A DNA stretch of 63,974 bases, filler included, from Octopus bimaculoides (Eukaryota): NCBI RefSeq assembly GCF_001194135.2. It is 6 parts of 5 records of this genome, joined end to end, with 100 filler letters (N's around TTAATTAATTAA, not from the genome) between each part and the next. Parts side by side here need not be neighbours in the genome. Positions count along the whole stretch, not along the records: positions 30,748 to 52,327 come from NC_069006.1; 5 more parts are not named here. One strand, 5' to 3'. Below, piece after piece: positions 38,599 through 52,019 of the stretch. The notes beneath the pieces are model-generated. The model saw only the letters and a list, made by a program, of their open reading frames with translations. It had not been told where the DNA came from and did not search any database. The translations under genes were made by a program, and so were the position numbers. How positions within the stretch are numbered: position 1 is the stretch's first letter; each line of letters starts with the position of its first letter.

Positions 38599-39572
38599 CA
38601 GGTGTTCTCAACCCTCTTTTTTCCTATGTACCCCTTTGATTCCTATTTTATGCTGGTGGACCCCCATAGCCATTTAAATAATTTGAAAATTAGTTTAGGT
38701 CCTTGTAAATACAAATCAGACATCCATACCCGTACATATCCTCTCCTTTTTTTACTTAGTTCTCCACCTCAAGGGTTCCCTACCCTTTTTTTTACTTGTG
38801 GACCCCTTCAATTACTATTTTATTCTAGTGGATCCCCATAACCATTCGATGTTTAAAAACTAGTTTTCTAGAAGCTTCTTTCCAAATTCCTATTTTGTTT
38901 TCCACATATTCACTTGTGTAGGTTGAACAATGTATTGGATTGTCCGGAAAGTTCATTCCGACTTATAGTAGCTTACCTTTTGACTTATTTGCCATGAAAC
39001 CACCTCAATTCTGGGAAGAGGTTATTTTCAAGTTAAAGGAAAGATGGAGACGCATTTGTGCAACAAAATGGTTCATATTTGGTTGATTAAAAATGTAATG
39101 GCAGGTATTTATTGACCTTTTTCTTCCCTTTAAAAATCGGCACAAACTTTTCGGGCAACCCAATAAAATGTTAAGAAACCTAGCTATTTCTTGCAACATA
39201 TCCCAATACATACATCAAAAGCAGGGCTTCTCAACTATTTTTTATCTATGGACCCCTTTTATTACAACTTTATTCTGGTGGACCCTCCACAGCCATTTGT
39301 TGCTTAAAAACTAATTTTCTAGAAACTTCTTTCAAAATCCCTATTTTGTTTTTCACACATTAACTTGTGTAGGTTGAATTATGCAAAATGTTAGAGAAAG
39401 AAACCCAGCTGTTTCATGCAATACATACCAATACATACATCTAAAGCAAATTTTTTTTCAGAAGCCCCTAAAATACTATTGTGGAACCCCAATTTACTAT
39501 TTTATCACTTGGACCCCACCAAAATCTTATATGGACCTTCGGGGTCATATGGACCCTGGTTGAGAACAACTG
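38599..39572. mobile_element. Non-autonomous hAT-superfamily element
   Basis: 15-bp TIRs caggtgttctcaacc / ggttgagaacaactg (14/15 match); 8-bp TSD atttaact / gtttaact; internal duplicated block (about 38800-38928 vs 39250-39378). Confidence 0.85.
38935..39163 (+). mobile_element. Mariner-derived MITE nested in the hAT element
   Basis: TA TSDs; TIRs ttggattgtccggaaagtt / aacttttcgggcaacccaa; internal FWEE..FKLKERWRRI..QNGSYLVD* matches a mariner C-terminus. Confidence 0.85.
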
Positions 39573-41856
39573 GTTTAACTGAACATAAAGACCCCATTAT
39601 TTTTTTTTTTTATTAGGACTGATATTATTCTATCCATCTTTCTTGCTGAACTTCTAATGTGNNNNNNNNNNNNNNNNNNNNNNNNNNNNNNNNNNNNNNN
39701 NNNNNNNNNNNNNNNNNNNNNNNNNNNNNNNNNNNNNNNNNNNNNNNNNNNNNNNNNNNTATATATATATATATATGTATATGTGTGTGTGTGTGTGTAT
39801 ACATGTGTGTGTGTATACATATGTGTGTGTATATATATATGTGTGTGTGTGTGTGTGTTTGCCCCACCCCCAACATTGCTTGATAACTGATGTTGGTGTG
39901 TTTACATCCCCGTCACTTAGTGGTTCGGCAAAAAGAGACCGATAGAACAAGTACAAGGCTTACAAAGAATAAGTCCTGGGGTCGATTTGTTCAACTAAAG
40001 GGCAGTGCTCCAGCATGGCCACAGTCAAATGACTGAAACAAGTAAAAAAAAAAAAGCTATGTATGTATTTATCTCTCTGGTGCTATCTCTCCTTCCTCTT
40101 TTCTCTTTTCCTACTTTTCGTAGCCAACGTCTCACGTGGCACAAAGCCACATCCTGCAGTTCTGGGTGGCCCCATTGGTGTTGGTGCCATGTAAGAAGCA
40201 CCAAGTACCCTGTGTAAAGTTGGTTGGCATGAGGAAGGGCATCCAACCATAGAAACCATGCCAACACAGACTATGGAGCTAGGTGCAGCTCCCTTGCTTG
40301 TCAGCTCTTGTCAAACAATCATGAAAGACAGACATGAAATGATGATGATGACACATACATCACAGGCTTCCACATAGTTTTCAACCTAAATTCACTCACA
40401 AGGCATTGGATAGCCTGGGATTATAATAGAAGACTTTTGCCCAAGGTGCAGCACAATTGTTTTTGAAGTTGAAAATTTCAATTTTGTTTAAAACTAATTT
40501 ATTATTTTCCTTTTACGAAACCCCCATAGAATAACAAAATTCTTGGTGTGTTTAGTAGAGTGTAGTTATTTTTAAACATTAATAAATTTATTCTAGAAAG
40601 TGGTTTTAATAATGTATATTTTAATAATAAGGTTTATGTTTTCCCTCTCCCCTGCACTCTCCCTAAAATCCCTGTCTCTTGAGGGTGTGAGCTTACCAAA
40701 TTGGGTAACCCCTGTTTTGCACAGTCACTTGATTTACCAGAAATAGCAGTCACGTTTTATTCATCTAATACTCTATTATATTAAAGTGGGAAGGGCATAT
40801 TAAATACTGGAGTCTAAGATATGCCAAAAACAAAAAAAAAAAGCAAAAACAAAAAAAACAGAAAGACAGAGATAATGACTTGTTTGTTTCACTAGAAATA
40901 GCAGCTGCATCTTCCTCAACTCATGTTCTACTATATTATAATGGGAAGGGCACATTAAATATTGTAGTCCAAGATATTTTATGCCTGAAAAAGGAAAAAG
41001 CAGAAAAGAAGCAATGACTGTCAATTCGCTAGAAACAACAGCTACATCGTTTCCAACTTGTGTTCTTCCATATTATAATGGGGAAGGTACATTAGATATT
41101 ATAGTCCAAGGTATGTTATGCCTGAAAAAGAAAACAGGTCAAGTACCCCCCAGACACATATTGCTCTCAATGTAATTAAGTTGGTGGGGATTTTTTAAAC
41201 TGGCTAACTGTCTAATCGTGACACCAGCACATGTTATAACCATTCATTGTCAGGTCTATATGTAACTGGTGTAGAGGTGAATTGCTGTTATCTGTAGTGA
41301 TCACGCATCCATCATTAATAAAAGCAAGGATGATAAAAATGACATGATCTGGTGGTCTTGAGACACTGGAGGTGGTGGGAATTTACCTCTCCGTAAGTGT
41401 GTAGTTTGCACTAAAAGCTAATATGAGAGTCTCTCTCATGGTCAGAACCACAGTATAGTTTGTTCTAAGAGAACATCCGTGTTTAACTGAGAATAAATAT
41501 TACTTCTCGGTATTAATACTGCCTCTGTTGCTAAGATATATTTTTCAACAAGCCCACTAGCTAATCATGACACCAGCGCCTGTTCTCTAGTGGTCGGGCA
41601 TCCATCATTGACAGGACCAAGGAAGGTCGAAATCACATGATCTGGTAGTGGCAGGGATTTATCTCCCCCTTTGGCTATATGAACAAGAGGGCATTTCACA
41701 CCAAAAGCCAATATGAGAGTCTTTCTCATGGTAACTACTGGAATATATAGTGTATTCTTAGAGAACCTTCACGTTTAATTGAGGATGAATATTATAAACA
41801 CTAGTTGACTACGTGCCATCAAAAATGACTGCTAATTGTAGTATTTTATATATAAA

Positions 41857-42559
41857 GGTGCAGGAGTGGCTGTGTGGTAAGTAGCTTGCTTACCAACCAC
41901 ATAGTTCCGAGTTCAGTCCCACTGCGTCGCACCTTGGGCAAGTGTCTTCTACAATTCCCTCAGGCTGACCAAAGCCTTGTGAGTGGATTTGGTAGACGGA
42001 AACTGAAAGAAGCCAATCGTATGTGTGTATATATATATATATATATNNNNNNNNNNNNNNNNNNNNNNNNNNNNNNNNNNNNNNNNNNNNNNNNNNNNNN
42101 NNNNNNNNNNNNNNNNNNNNNNNNNNNNNNNNNNNNNNNNNNNNNNNNNNNNNNNNNNNNNNNNNNNNNNNNNNNNNNNNNNNNNNNNNNNNNNNNNNNN
42201 NNNNNNNNNNNNNNNNNNNNNNNNNNNNNNNNNNNNNNNNNNNNNNNNNNNNNNNNNNNNNNNNNNNNNNNNNNNNNNNNNNNNNNNNNNNNNNNNNNNN
42301 NNNNNNNNNNNNNNNNNNNNNNNNNNNNNNNNNNNNNNNNNNNNNNNNNNNNNNNNNNNNNNNNNNNNNNNNNNNNNNNNNNNNNNNNNNNNNNNNNNNN
42401 NNNNNNNTCCCCGTAACTTAGCAGTTCGGCAAAAGAGACCGATAGAATAAGTACTAGACTTACATAGAATAAGTCCTGGGTTCGATTTGTTCGACTAAAG
42501 GCGGTGCTCCAGCATGGCCGCAGTCAAATGACTGAAGCAAGTAAAAGAGTAAAAGAGTA
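41857..42559 (+). mobile_element. Full-length family C SINE whose microsatellite linker is an assembly gap
   Basis: Head 41857-42020, N-gap, 3' module 42408-42559. Confidence 0.85.
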
Positions 42560-43233
42560 AATAAGGTACAAAATGAGCTACATAATAATTACACATACAT
42601 TCACATGCTTCCCTTGTGCATGCACACACATATACACACGTGTACTCACACAGAGCTGAAACGCTGTTTTTTCACCTCTTTGTCTCTCTCATTGCCATTA
42701 CTTTCTCTCACTCCCTCTCAGTCAGGGCTATTACTCTCACTACTTCTCCTTCACTGAATTACTATTTTCTCTCCTCCTCCGTGTCCGGCGTGATTCTGGA
42801 CAATATATATATATACACAAATATATAAAAACTCTACGCTCATTATTATATTAAGAGATACTGTACACACAAACACATTGTATATAAAATATCTATGTTC
42901 ACACTAGATGCACACACACATACACACACAAACACACACCTCTGGCTACATGCACAAACATACAAACACACATATATATACATGCACACACACACACATG
43001 CACTCATACTCACCTATTATGTATGCGAAAAGTATGCACCATGACTTCTCCCAAATACTTGAGTGACTCATGTTAATTTTAAATAATCGTAATGATGATG
43101 ATGATAAGCTACAATAATAATTATTATGAAACTAATTGCTGTGTCAACATACATATACACTTGTGTGTGTATATATATATATATCATCAGAATCATACGT
43201 CCGCCTTCCGTGCTAGCATATATATATACATAA

Positions 43234-43279
<46 letters not shown>

Positions 43280-43311
43280 CATCATCGTCGTTTAACGTCC
43301 GCTTTCCATGC

Positions 43312-43344
<33 letters not shown>

Positions 43345-43797
43345 GTGTGTGTGTGTGTGTGTGTGTTTCCAGTAAACATCACATTGACACATTCACACCA
43401 CCACCACCACCGACAATAATAATGTTTTCAGATTTTGGCGCAAGGCCAGCAATTTCAGCGGGGGTGGGGGGAGCTAGTCAATTACATTGACTCCAATGCC
43501 CGACTGGTTCTTATCTCATCGACCCCGAAAGGATGAAAGCCAAAGCTGACCTCATTGGCATTTGCTTAATAGTAACAATAATAATAATATTAATAAGAAG
43601 AATATTTTATCCCATTTGATGTCGTTCTTTTGTCTTTTGTTTGTTTTCTTTTTCACTTTTAATAATTTTGTTAGTAATTATTTAGTATGTTTGGCAGGCA
43701 ACGAGCTGGCTGTTATCATTAGCAGAATCATCAGCACACCGGGCGAGATTCTTAGTGGCATTTTGCCCATCTTTACATTCTGAGTTCAAATTCCGCT

Positions 43798-44153
43798 GGG
43801 GTCAACTTTACCTTTCATCCTTTTGAGGTCAACTTTGCCTTTCGTCCTTTCAGGGTTGACTTAGCCTTTTATCCTTTCAGGGTCGACTTTGCTTTTCATT
43901 GTTTCAGGGTCAACTTTGCCTTTTGTCCTTCTGGAGTTGACTTTGCCTTTCGTCCTTTCAGGGTCAACTTTGTCTTTCCCCTTTTCAGGGTTGACTTTGC
44001 CTTTTATCCTTTCAAGTTCGACTTTGCCTTTCATCCTTTCAGGGTCAACTTTGCCTTTTGTCCTTCTGGGTTTGACTTTGCCTTTTGTCCTTTTCAGGGT
44101 CGACTTTGCCTTTCATCCTTTTGGGATTGACTTTGCTATTCATCCTTTTGGGG
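43798..44153 (+). repeat. 27-bp minisatellite (13 units) expanded inside a family A SINE
   Basis: Unit consensus gtc(a/g)actttgcctttcatcctttcagg; the SINE head precedes it (about 43700) and the SINE 3' part follows (to about 44240). Confidence 0.92.
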
Positions 44154-44454
44154 TTGATAGAACAAGTACCAGTGAAGTACCGAGGTCACTGTAATCAATG
44201 AGCTCCCTCTCCACAAATTTTCAGGCCTTCTGAAAATTTTACATGTTTCGGTTCATGAAAATCGAACGTTATCAAAAATACATACTTTAAAAAAAATGTA
44301 ATTAAAAGAAAAGTTTGTAATTGTTTCTTACTGGTGTCAACATAGTCCACGTGGGAGCGTTTTTGTATGGGTACATAATGGCTGTCTAGTTTGTTGACTT
44401 GAATCGTTGGCTGTAGTAGTAATGGCAAGGGACTGGGAGTTGTGGTGATTTGCA

Positions 44455-44974
44455 GTACTTGAGAATACGTGTCATGCCAAGTAAAATCCCTACCATCGAT
44501 ACATGCGGGCTTGTCCTTTAAAATGCACTTGTGCTGGTGCTGTGGAGATTCACCTATGTTAGTGGCACGTTACACTCTGTAAAGTGGTTTGCATTAGGAA
44601 GGGCATCCAGCTGTAGGAACAAGAGATAATTTGAGTCTGGACAGCTCCCCAAACCATCCAACCCATGCCAGCGTGGAAAACAGATGTTAAGTATATATGA
44701 TGACAATGATTGCAAGTACTTGGTGACCCTGTCGGTGCAGGTGCCACTTAAAAGCACCCAGTCCACATTGTAAAGTGGTCGGTGTTAGGAAGGGCATCCA
44801 GCTGTAGAAACCTTGCCAAAACTGACCTCGCCTGTGCTTCGTGCCACATAAAAAGCACTGGGTAAAAATCCTGCCAAAATAGTCACATAAGTCTGGTGCA
44901 GGCTTCTGCCTGGCTGGCTCTTATGGAACCATCCCACCCACGCTAGCATGGAAGGTGGATGTCGATGATGATGA

Positions 44975-44975
<1 letters not shown>
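44455..44975 (+). mobile_element. Two tandem (GAT)n-tailed RTE-type repeats
   Basis: Two occurrences of ttaggaagggcatccagctgtag, each ending in a degenerate (gat)n tail. Confidence 0.7.
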
Positions 44976-45013
<38 letters not shown>

Positions 45014-45032
45014 GGGCTTCCACATAGTTTCT

Positions 45033-45267
45033 TATTTCTTATTTCTTTACTACCCACAAGGGGCTACACACAGAGGGGACAAACAAGGACAGACAAAGGG
45101 ATTAAGTCGATTATATCGACTCCAGTGCGTAACTGGTACTTATTTAATTGACCCCGAAAAGATGAAAGGCAAAGTCGACCTCGGCAGAATTTGAACTCAG
45201 AACGTAGCCGCAGACGAAATACCGCTAAGCATTTCACCCAGCGTGCTAATGTTTCTGCCAGCTCGCC
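45033..45267 (-). mobile_element. Full-length SINE family A, tail type 1, with 18-bp TSD
   Basis: TSD ggcttccaca(t/c)agtttct at 45015-45032 and 45268-45285; tail ends in aagaaat repeats. Confidence 0.9.
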
Positions 45268-46890
45268 GGCTTCCACACAGTTTCTGCCTACCAAATTCAC
45301 TCACAAGGCTATAGTAGAAGATACTTACCCCGCCCCCAGGTACTCGACTGTGGGACTGAACCCTGGTCTATGTGCTTGGAAAGCAAACTTCCCAACCACT
45401 CAGCCGTTACTGCATCATAGAAGATAAGATATTTCTCATCGGCTGTCCCGTTCCAGCCAAGCTGATTGCCATTCCATCCTTGCCTATCAAGACTATCAGC
45501 ATAATTGTTAACCCGATATCATAGATTGATCTGTTACAGAGCTAAATTTAGAGTCTCGCTTTTTTTCCTCCGCAAAAACCCATCCAACAGGTGAATACGA
45601 TATCCTATATACATTGCTTCTCTCAATAAATCTTACACTTCACTATCGGCTTTTCGTCCTGATTTCTGGGACGATTGCCAAGACTCTTCAAGTGCAGTAA
45701 TGAAAAAGAAAAAGAAAAAGAGGAAAAAAAAAAAAGAAAGAAAAGTTGAACAGAATAACCGTCTCTTTGCNNNNNNNNNNNNNNNNNNNNNNNNNNNNNN
45801 NNNNNNNNNNNNNNNNNNNNNNNNNNNNNNNNNNNNNNNNNNNNNNNNNNNNNNNNNNNNNNNNNNNNNNATATATATATATCCATATATATATATATAT
45901 ATATATCCATATATATGCATATATATATCCATATATATATATGTATATATGTATGTATAGCTATCTATGTCGCTCTATATATGTCAATGAATAATATATA
46001 TAAGGTTTGTGAATAAATTATGTAATTCTGTATCATTTGATGCATTGAGTGCTTGATTCAGTGTAGTTGTCTTTATTTCTTTTTAACTATATATATCGTC
46101 ATCGTCATCATCGTCGTCGTTTAACATCCGCTTTCCATGCTGGCATGGGTTGGACGATTTGACTGAGGACTGGCAAGCCAGAAGGCTGCACCAGGCTCCA
46201 TTCTGATCTGGCAAGGTTTCTACAGCTGGATGCCCTTCCTAACACCACCCACTTTACTGTGTTTACTGGGTATTTTTTACATCAAGGAGTAGGTGTAACA
46301 CACACATATCTCCTCCTCCTCCTCCACCTCTTCCTCCTCCTCCTCATCGTCATTTTAACATTCTCTTTTCCATGCTCTCATGGGTCAGGTGGGAATTTGT
46401 TCAGTTGGACTTTCTATGTATGCATGACCAGACATGTTTTCACAGATATTGGAAATGAAGGGTTCTGCTTGCATGACGGTAACCGCACGTGATAGATAGT
46501 AACCGCAACTGTCATGCGTTATCAAAGCAAGGATACAGAAACACACATGCACGCGCGCACACACTAAATAAGTAAGGTAGCTAGACAATTTAAAGCCAAA
46601 AAGGAAATGATTCACCATCACTAAAAAGTGACCAAGGGGGCAGGGAACACTGGCATTGCTGGAATAAAGAGTCAGAGACTCTTTTGTCACAGAAAGCATA
46701 TTTTCTATTTAACTGACAAGCTCCACATTGAAGTGTTTTTAGCCAAATAAAGCAACATTAGTACTTTTGTTTTTCAAGCCTGGCACTTATTTTATTGTTC
46801 TCCTTTGCTGAACATCTAAGTTATGGGGATGTAAACAAACCAGCACCTGCTGTTAAGCCATGGTGGGTCACACACACACACACACACACC

Positions 46891-47031
<141 letters not shown>

Positions 47032-47353
47032 AAGAGACACAACAGGCTTCTTTCAGTTTCTATCTACTAAATCCACTCACAAGGCTTTGGTCAACCCAAG
47101 TCTATAGTAGAAGACAAGGTGCCATGCAGTGAGACTGAGCACAGAACCATGTGGTTGGGAAGCAAACTTCTTACCACAGAGCCACAATAATATGCACACA
47201 CACATTTCTCTCTCTTTGTCTACATATATATATATATATATATATTTTATATTACATTATATTATATTATATACTGTGTATATCTACTACATTTGTGAGC
47301 AAACTTCTTACCACATAGCCACAATAATACACATACACACACATCGCTCTCTC

Positions 47354-47401
<48 letters not shown>

Positions 47402-47447
47402 CATATATATATTATATTACATTATATTATATTATATACTGTGTATA

Positions 47448-48346
47448 TCTACTACATGTGTGAGAAATTCTGCCTGTGGGTGTGTTAGTGAAGTTGTTAG
47501 TTAACTCTTCCTACATCGTTTTATCGATTTTGATGAAACTTGACACGTGAGTAGAACACATGTCTGAAAACTTCATAGCATGCTCAGATTGAAAACAAAA
47601 ATCGATAATAGAGCCCCTGGAAGGGATCCTTATATGTATCTAATATATTTTATTTTAGAAGTCAAGGGAAATAACCCATTCGCCCCTGTAAGGGGTCCTT
47701 ATATATAGCCAAGGAAAATAACCTATTCATTTTCCTAAATTATTTGGCATAAATCAAGTTGAGTATGCTTATTTCTTAGTATTTGAACTGTTAGAGTTAT
47801 TTTCACCACTTATCCAGTAAACAAGTAAATAGTATTTACATAAACAATAGATCCACTTATTTCGGTTACTGACTTGTTCATGAATATACCAACACTAGGG
47901 TATATTCTCTGAGGGTAATATTCTCTGGGAACGCACAAAAGTCCTTTACAGAGATATTTACTTTGAATTGTTATCTCATACCTGAGTAACCTGTTATTAC
48001 ATACATGCTTCATGATTTTAGTTTACATTACCTTATTAGTATTCCTCCTGTGTCCTATATACTCTGGAAATGCATTAAAGTCCTTTACGGGGCTACTTTA
48101 TTTGAATTCTTACTATTGGGTAACTATCTTCTTGTTATTACATAAGTGACTTCACAATTTGCGTTTTCATAACTTATTGCGAATCCCTAAAAACAAGTTT
48201 CTGTATAAGACAGTTCGGTATTCTCTGTAAATGCACAAAAAACGTTTTAAGGGCTACATGCTTTGTATTGTTGTTATTGGATTAGCGAAACAATTATGAG
48301 AATGGAAGCAAGGGATTAGCTGGAAATTACCAGGTACGTCAGCTAG
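47448..48346 (+). mobile_element. Non-autonomous Helitron-like element (second family)
   Basis: A|TCTACTAC 5' end; subterminal hairpin ctgg-aaatta-ccag (48320-48333) then CTAG|T; cgattttgatgaaacttgacac core; three internal degenerate repeats of about 55 bp; no coding remnant seen. Confidence 0.7.
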
Positions 48347-48924
48347 TACATACAAATATGGATATTAAACAACCCTTTTGACTAAGTCTTTACTTTTGTC
48401 TTTCTATTCTACATAACCTTCTTCTTACACATTTTCTATCTCTTTCCTTCTCCTTCCTTGTCTTCTTTCTTCTCTCTCTCTCTCTCTTTCTCTTTCTCTC
48501 TGTCTCTCTAGTTGGCACATTCATTCCCCTAACTAAAGCCTCTCTTTGAATATCATTGTGTTTATTGCTACCCAAATTTGAATATTGCTGCTTAGGCAAA
48601 CTACTACATTGTCCATCTTTTATCTGGCCTATGCTGTTGGCATTGCTATTGTTACAATCGATTTTATGTAGCAGCATACATGCCTTTCTGTTTGTTTCTT
48701 TCCTTCACATCTTGCCTTTGTTCTTTTGGTTATTTTCTCTCTATGACACTGTAAGCCCCTCCTGCTGACAGCATTTACAACAATGACACCCATTGTTATA
48801 AAGTGCACTGCAAGTACCAAGTGGGAGTTAAGTCTAGCTGTACATGAAAAGGGGAGATCATTTCAAGAGTCAAGATTTCCCCAAAACTGACATGCCGTTA
48901 AAGGAAAAGCACACACTTACTGTA

Positions 48925-49375
48925 CAAAGGACTACCCAAAAGAAACTGGAATTTTGTAACATTATTTTATTCACTTAGTTTTACATGTTTACACATTTAT
49001 CACGTTCAAAGTATTCTTCATTTGAAGAAATGCATTGGTCCTGATGCATTTTTCACTCTTTGAAGCAGTGCTGGAACTCTTGTGAAATGATACTTTTTAA
49101 TGCCAACATTGTGTTTTTCTTCACCCCTTTTGCAACTGCAAATCCCTTTCGTCAACAGTGATGACCTTTGAAAAAAGGTCCAGATCAATTTCCAGTTGTT
49201 CTTTCAGTTCACGATACGCATTCAGTCGTGACTGTTTTTGATTTTCCGTTAGCAACTCTTTTCATTTGCAACTCCTTGCTCAAAATTGGTTGGGGCTCCA
49301 GGACACCCCACTTGTATCAACAAGTTCATAAATTGTTTGGTGACAGTCTTCCAAGGTTAGTCCATGAATTTTCAT
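48925..49375 (-). mobile_element. Deleted mariner transposase remnant
   Basis: Frameshifted GVSWS..IL..ELQMKRV...LTENQKQSRL...KVIT.DE, then QEFQHCF...CISSNEEYFERD; TA plus a TIR-like end at 48923. Confidence 0.8.
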
Positions 49376-49427
49376 GATGTTACCATTCATTCGGGAAGTC
49401 AGTGGTCACCCTAAACAAGATTGGTCT

Positions 49428-49492
<65 letters not shown>

Positions 49493-50139
49493 NNNNNNNN
49501 NNNNNNNNNNNNNNNNNNNNNNNNNNNNNNNNNNNNNNNNNNNNNNNNNNNNNNNNNNNNNNNNNNNNNNNNNNNNNNNNNNNNNNNNNNNNNNNNNNNN
49601 NNNNNNNNNNNNNNNNNNNNNNNNNNNNNNNNNNNNNNNNNNNNNNNNNNNNNNNNNNNNNNNNNNNNNNNNNNNNNNNNNNNNNNNNNNNNNNNNNNNN
49701 NNNNNNNNNNNNNNNNNNNNNNNNNNNNNNNNNNNNNNNNNNNNNNNNNNNNNNNNNNNNNNNNNNNNNNNNNNNNNNNNNNNNNNNNNNNNNNNNNNNN
49801 NNNNNNNNNNNNNNNNNNNNNNNNNNNNNNNNNNNNNNNNNNNNNNNNNNNNNNNNNNNNNNNNNNNNNNNNNNNNNNNNNNNNNNNNNNNNNNNNNNNN
49901 NNNNNNNNNNNNNNNNNNNNNNNNNNNNNNNNNNNNNNNNNNNNNNNNNNNNNNNNNNNNNNNNNNNNNNNNNNNNNNNNNNNNNNNNNNNNNNNNNNNN
50001 NNNNNNNNNNNNNNNNNNNNNNNNNNNNNNNNNNNNNNNNNNNNNNNNNNNNNNNNNNNNNNNNNNNNNNNNNNNNNNNNNNNNNNNNNNNNNNNNNNNN
50101 NNNNNNNNNNNNNNNNNNNNNNNNNNNNNNNNNNNNNNN

Positions 50140-50405
50140 CGTCTCTCTTGCACGCCACAACTGATGCTTCTAATGTTCAGCTTTTCTCTCAAGATACTTA
50201 CACTCTGACGGGTATTCACATTGACATTACACATCCAACGGAGCATACTGGCTTCATTCCTTGCGAGCTTACGTATGTCCTCAGCAGTTACAGCCCATGT
50301 TTCACTGCCATGTAGCATGGTTGTTCGTACGCATGCGTCATACAGTCTGCCTTTTACTCTGAGTGAGAGTCCCTTTGTCGCCAGCAGGGGTAAGAGCTCT
50401 CTATA
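50140..50405 (-). mobile_element. RTE-clade LINE, post-RT domain fragment
   Basis: YRELLPLLATKGLSLRVKGRLYDACVRTTMLHGSETWAV...NEASMLRWMCNV...LREKL; uninterrupted until the gap. Confidence 0.9.
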
Positions 50406-51958
50406 TGATAGGCTGCTTTCATTTTCCATCTACCAAATCCACTCACAAGGTTTTGGTCAACCCGAGGCTATAGTAGAAGAAACTTGTGTCATGCAGTGGG
50501 ACTGAACCCAGAACCATGTGGTTCGGAGGCAAGCTTCTTACCGCACAGCCATTGCTCCTGACCCCCTTTCAGTCAGGGTGGACGGAGAATGTCGATGTGA
50601 TTGCTAGCCAGTGAGGTAGCATGATTCGAAGGTTAAAACGATGCAAAGCGCATTGTGACCAGCGATGTGTAACAATATCTGGTAGTCTGGTTGTTCACTT
50701 GATTATGTGATGTCGTCGGGTAAATATACGACATAAATTCTTGATTTATTAAAAAATTATCTCTTCCTGTAGATTGTATGATAATTACCATGATAATTAC
50801 CAAAATGACAATTAAGATCAGCTTCAGCTGAGAAGGGGAGATAAATTCAACAATCAAGGAGTCTCCCTAGCTGACATGCCATTACAGTGGGAGAAGACAG
50901 GGCAAAGCCTGTCCAGCTGTGGCCACTTGGTCCGATGCATGCTCGAAAGTCTCTGACACAGGCCACGCACTACTCAGGTGGGTCTTTTGGGATTGAAGGC
51001 AAAGAGGTGACTCCAGACTGGCCATAGTCCACATTTACTTTGTGTCCCCTTACAATCCTGTTCTGTTTTTGAGAGGTGCCCCTCACCTAATGAAAGCTAT
51101 ACCACAGGTAGTGGTAGTAATGATGATGGTGACGGTGGTGGTGGTATGATGGGAGTGGTAGTAGCTTGTTGATAGTAGTGTATGTAGGTGGTGGATGGGG
51201 TGTGGTAGTGATGGTGGTGATAGCATGGGTGTTTGCAGGAGTATGTAGCTGGTAGTGGTATGGTGGTTTGTAGCCCTTAGTATGTATTGGTATGTTGGTA
51301 GTAGTGTATAGGTGGTAGTGGTTGTGGTGATGGTGTGGTTTTGGCAGTAGCATGTAGATGGTGGTGGTGGTGCTGCTGTGTTATTGGTATGTTGGCGGTG
51401 TGGTAGTGGTGTCTGTGGTGGTGGTGGTGGTGGTGTTGCTGATGATGGTGATAGTGTTGGTGGTGTGGTGGTGTTAGTAGTAGTGTTGGTGTTGCTAGCT
51501 GTGTTGGTGGTGGTGGTGGTGGTGGTGGTATGTCAATATTTCCTGAATTACACATCTTTGAAAGAATGTTTATTTTAGACCAGCTCACATCTGCCATCTT
51601 ACTGTCACAGACAGGCAGAGAGAAGGGGCGGCGGTGGGGGATGTTCAAAAGCTGTTGTGTGGTTAGGTTACCTTGTTCTTCACCTACTACAATACCCTGC
51701 TCCCATCCTTGGTCTCCTCTTTGTGTGTGTGTGTGGGTGTGTGTGTGTACATAAACTCTGATTGGGTCATGTGACCACCACCTAGTGTCACAAACAGCTG
51801 GGATGGGTCCTTGGTTAGGTCAACTTGCTCTATATACATTTATGGTGTGTGTGCTTGTGTATGCAGATATATGTGTATGTGTATGTATATTTGTCTGTCT
51901 GTCTTCACACATGCATGCACACACATCTCTGTCTCTCTCTGTCTTTATATATATACAT

Positions 51959-52019
<61 letters not shown>

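Noticed and set aside
43798-44153. CRISPR-like or coding (TLPFVLSGS)n interpretation of the 27-bp array
   Set aside because: There are no spacers, the context is eukaryotic, and the unit is a SINE internal segment.
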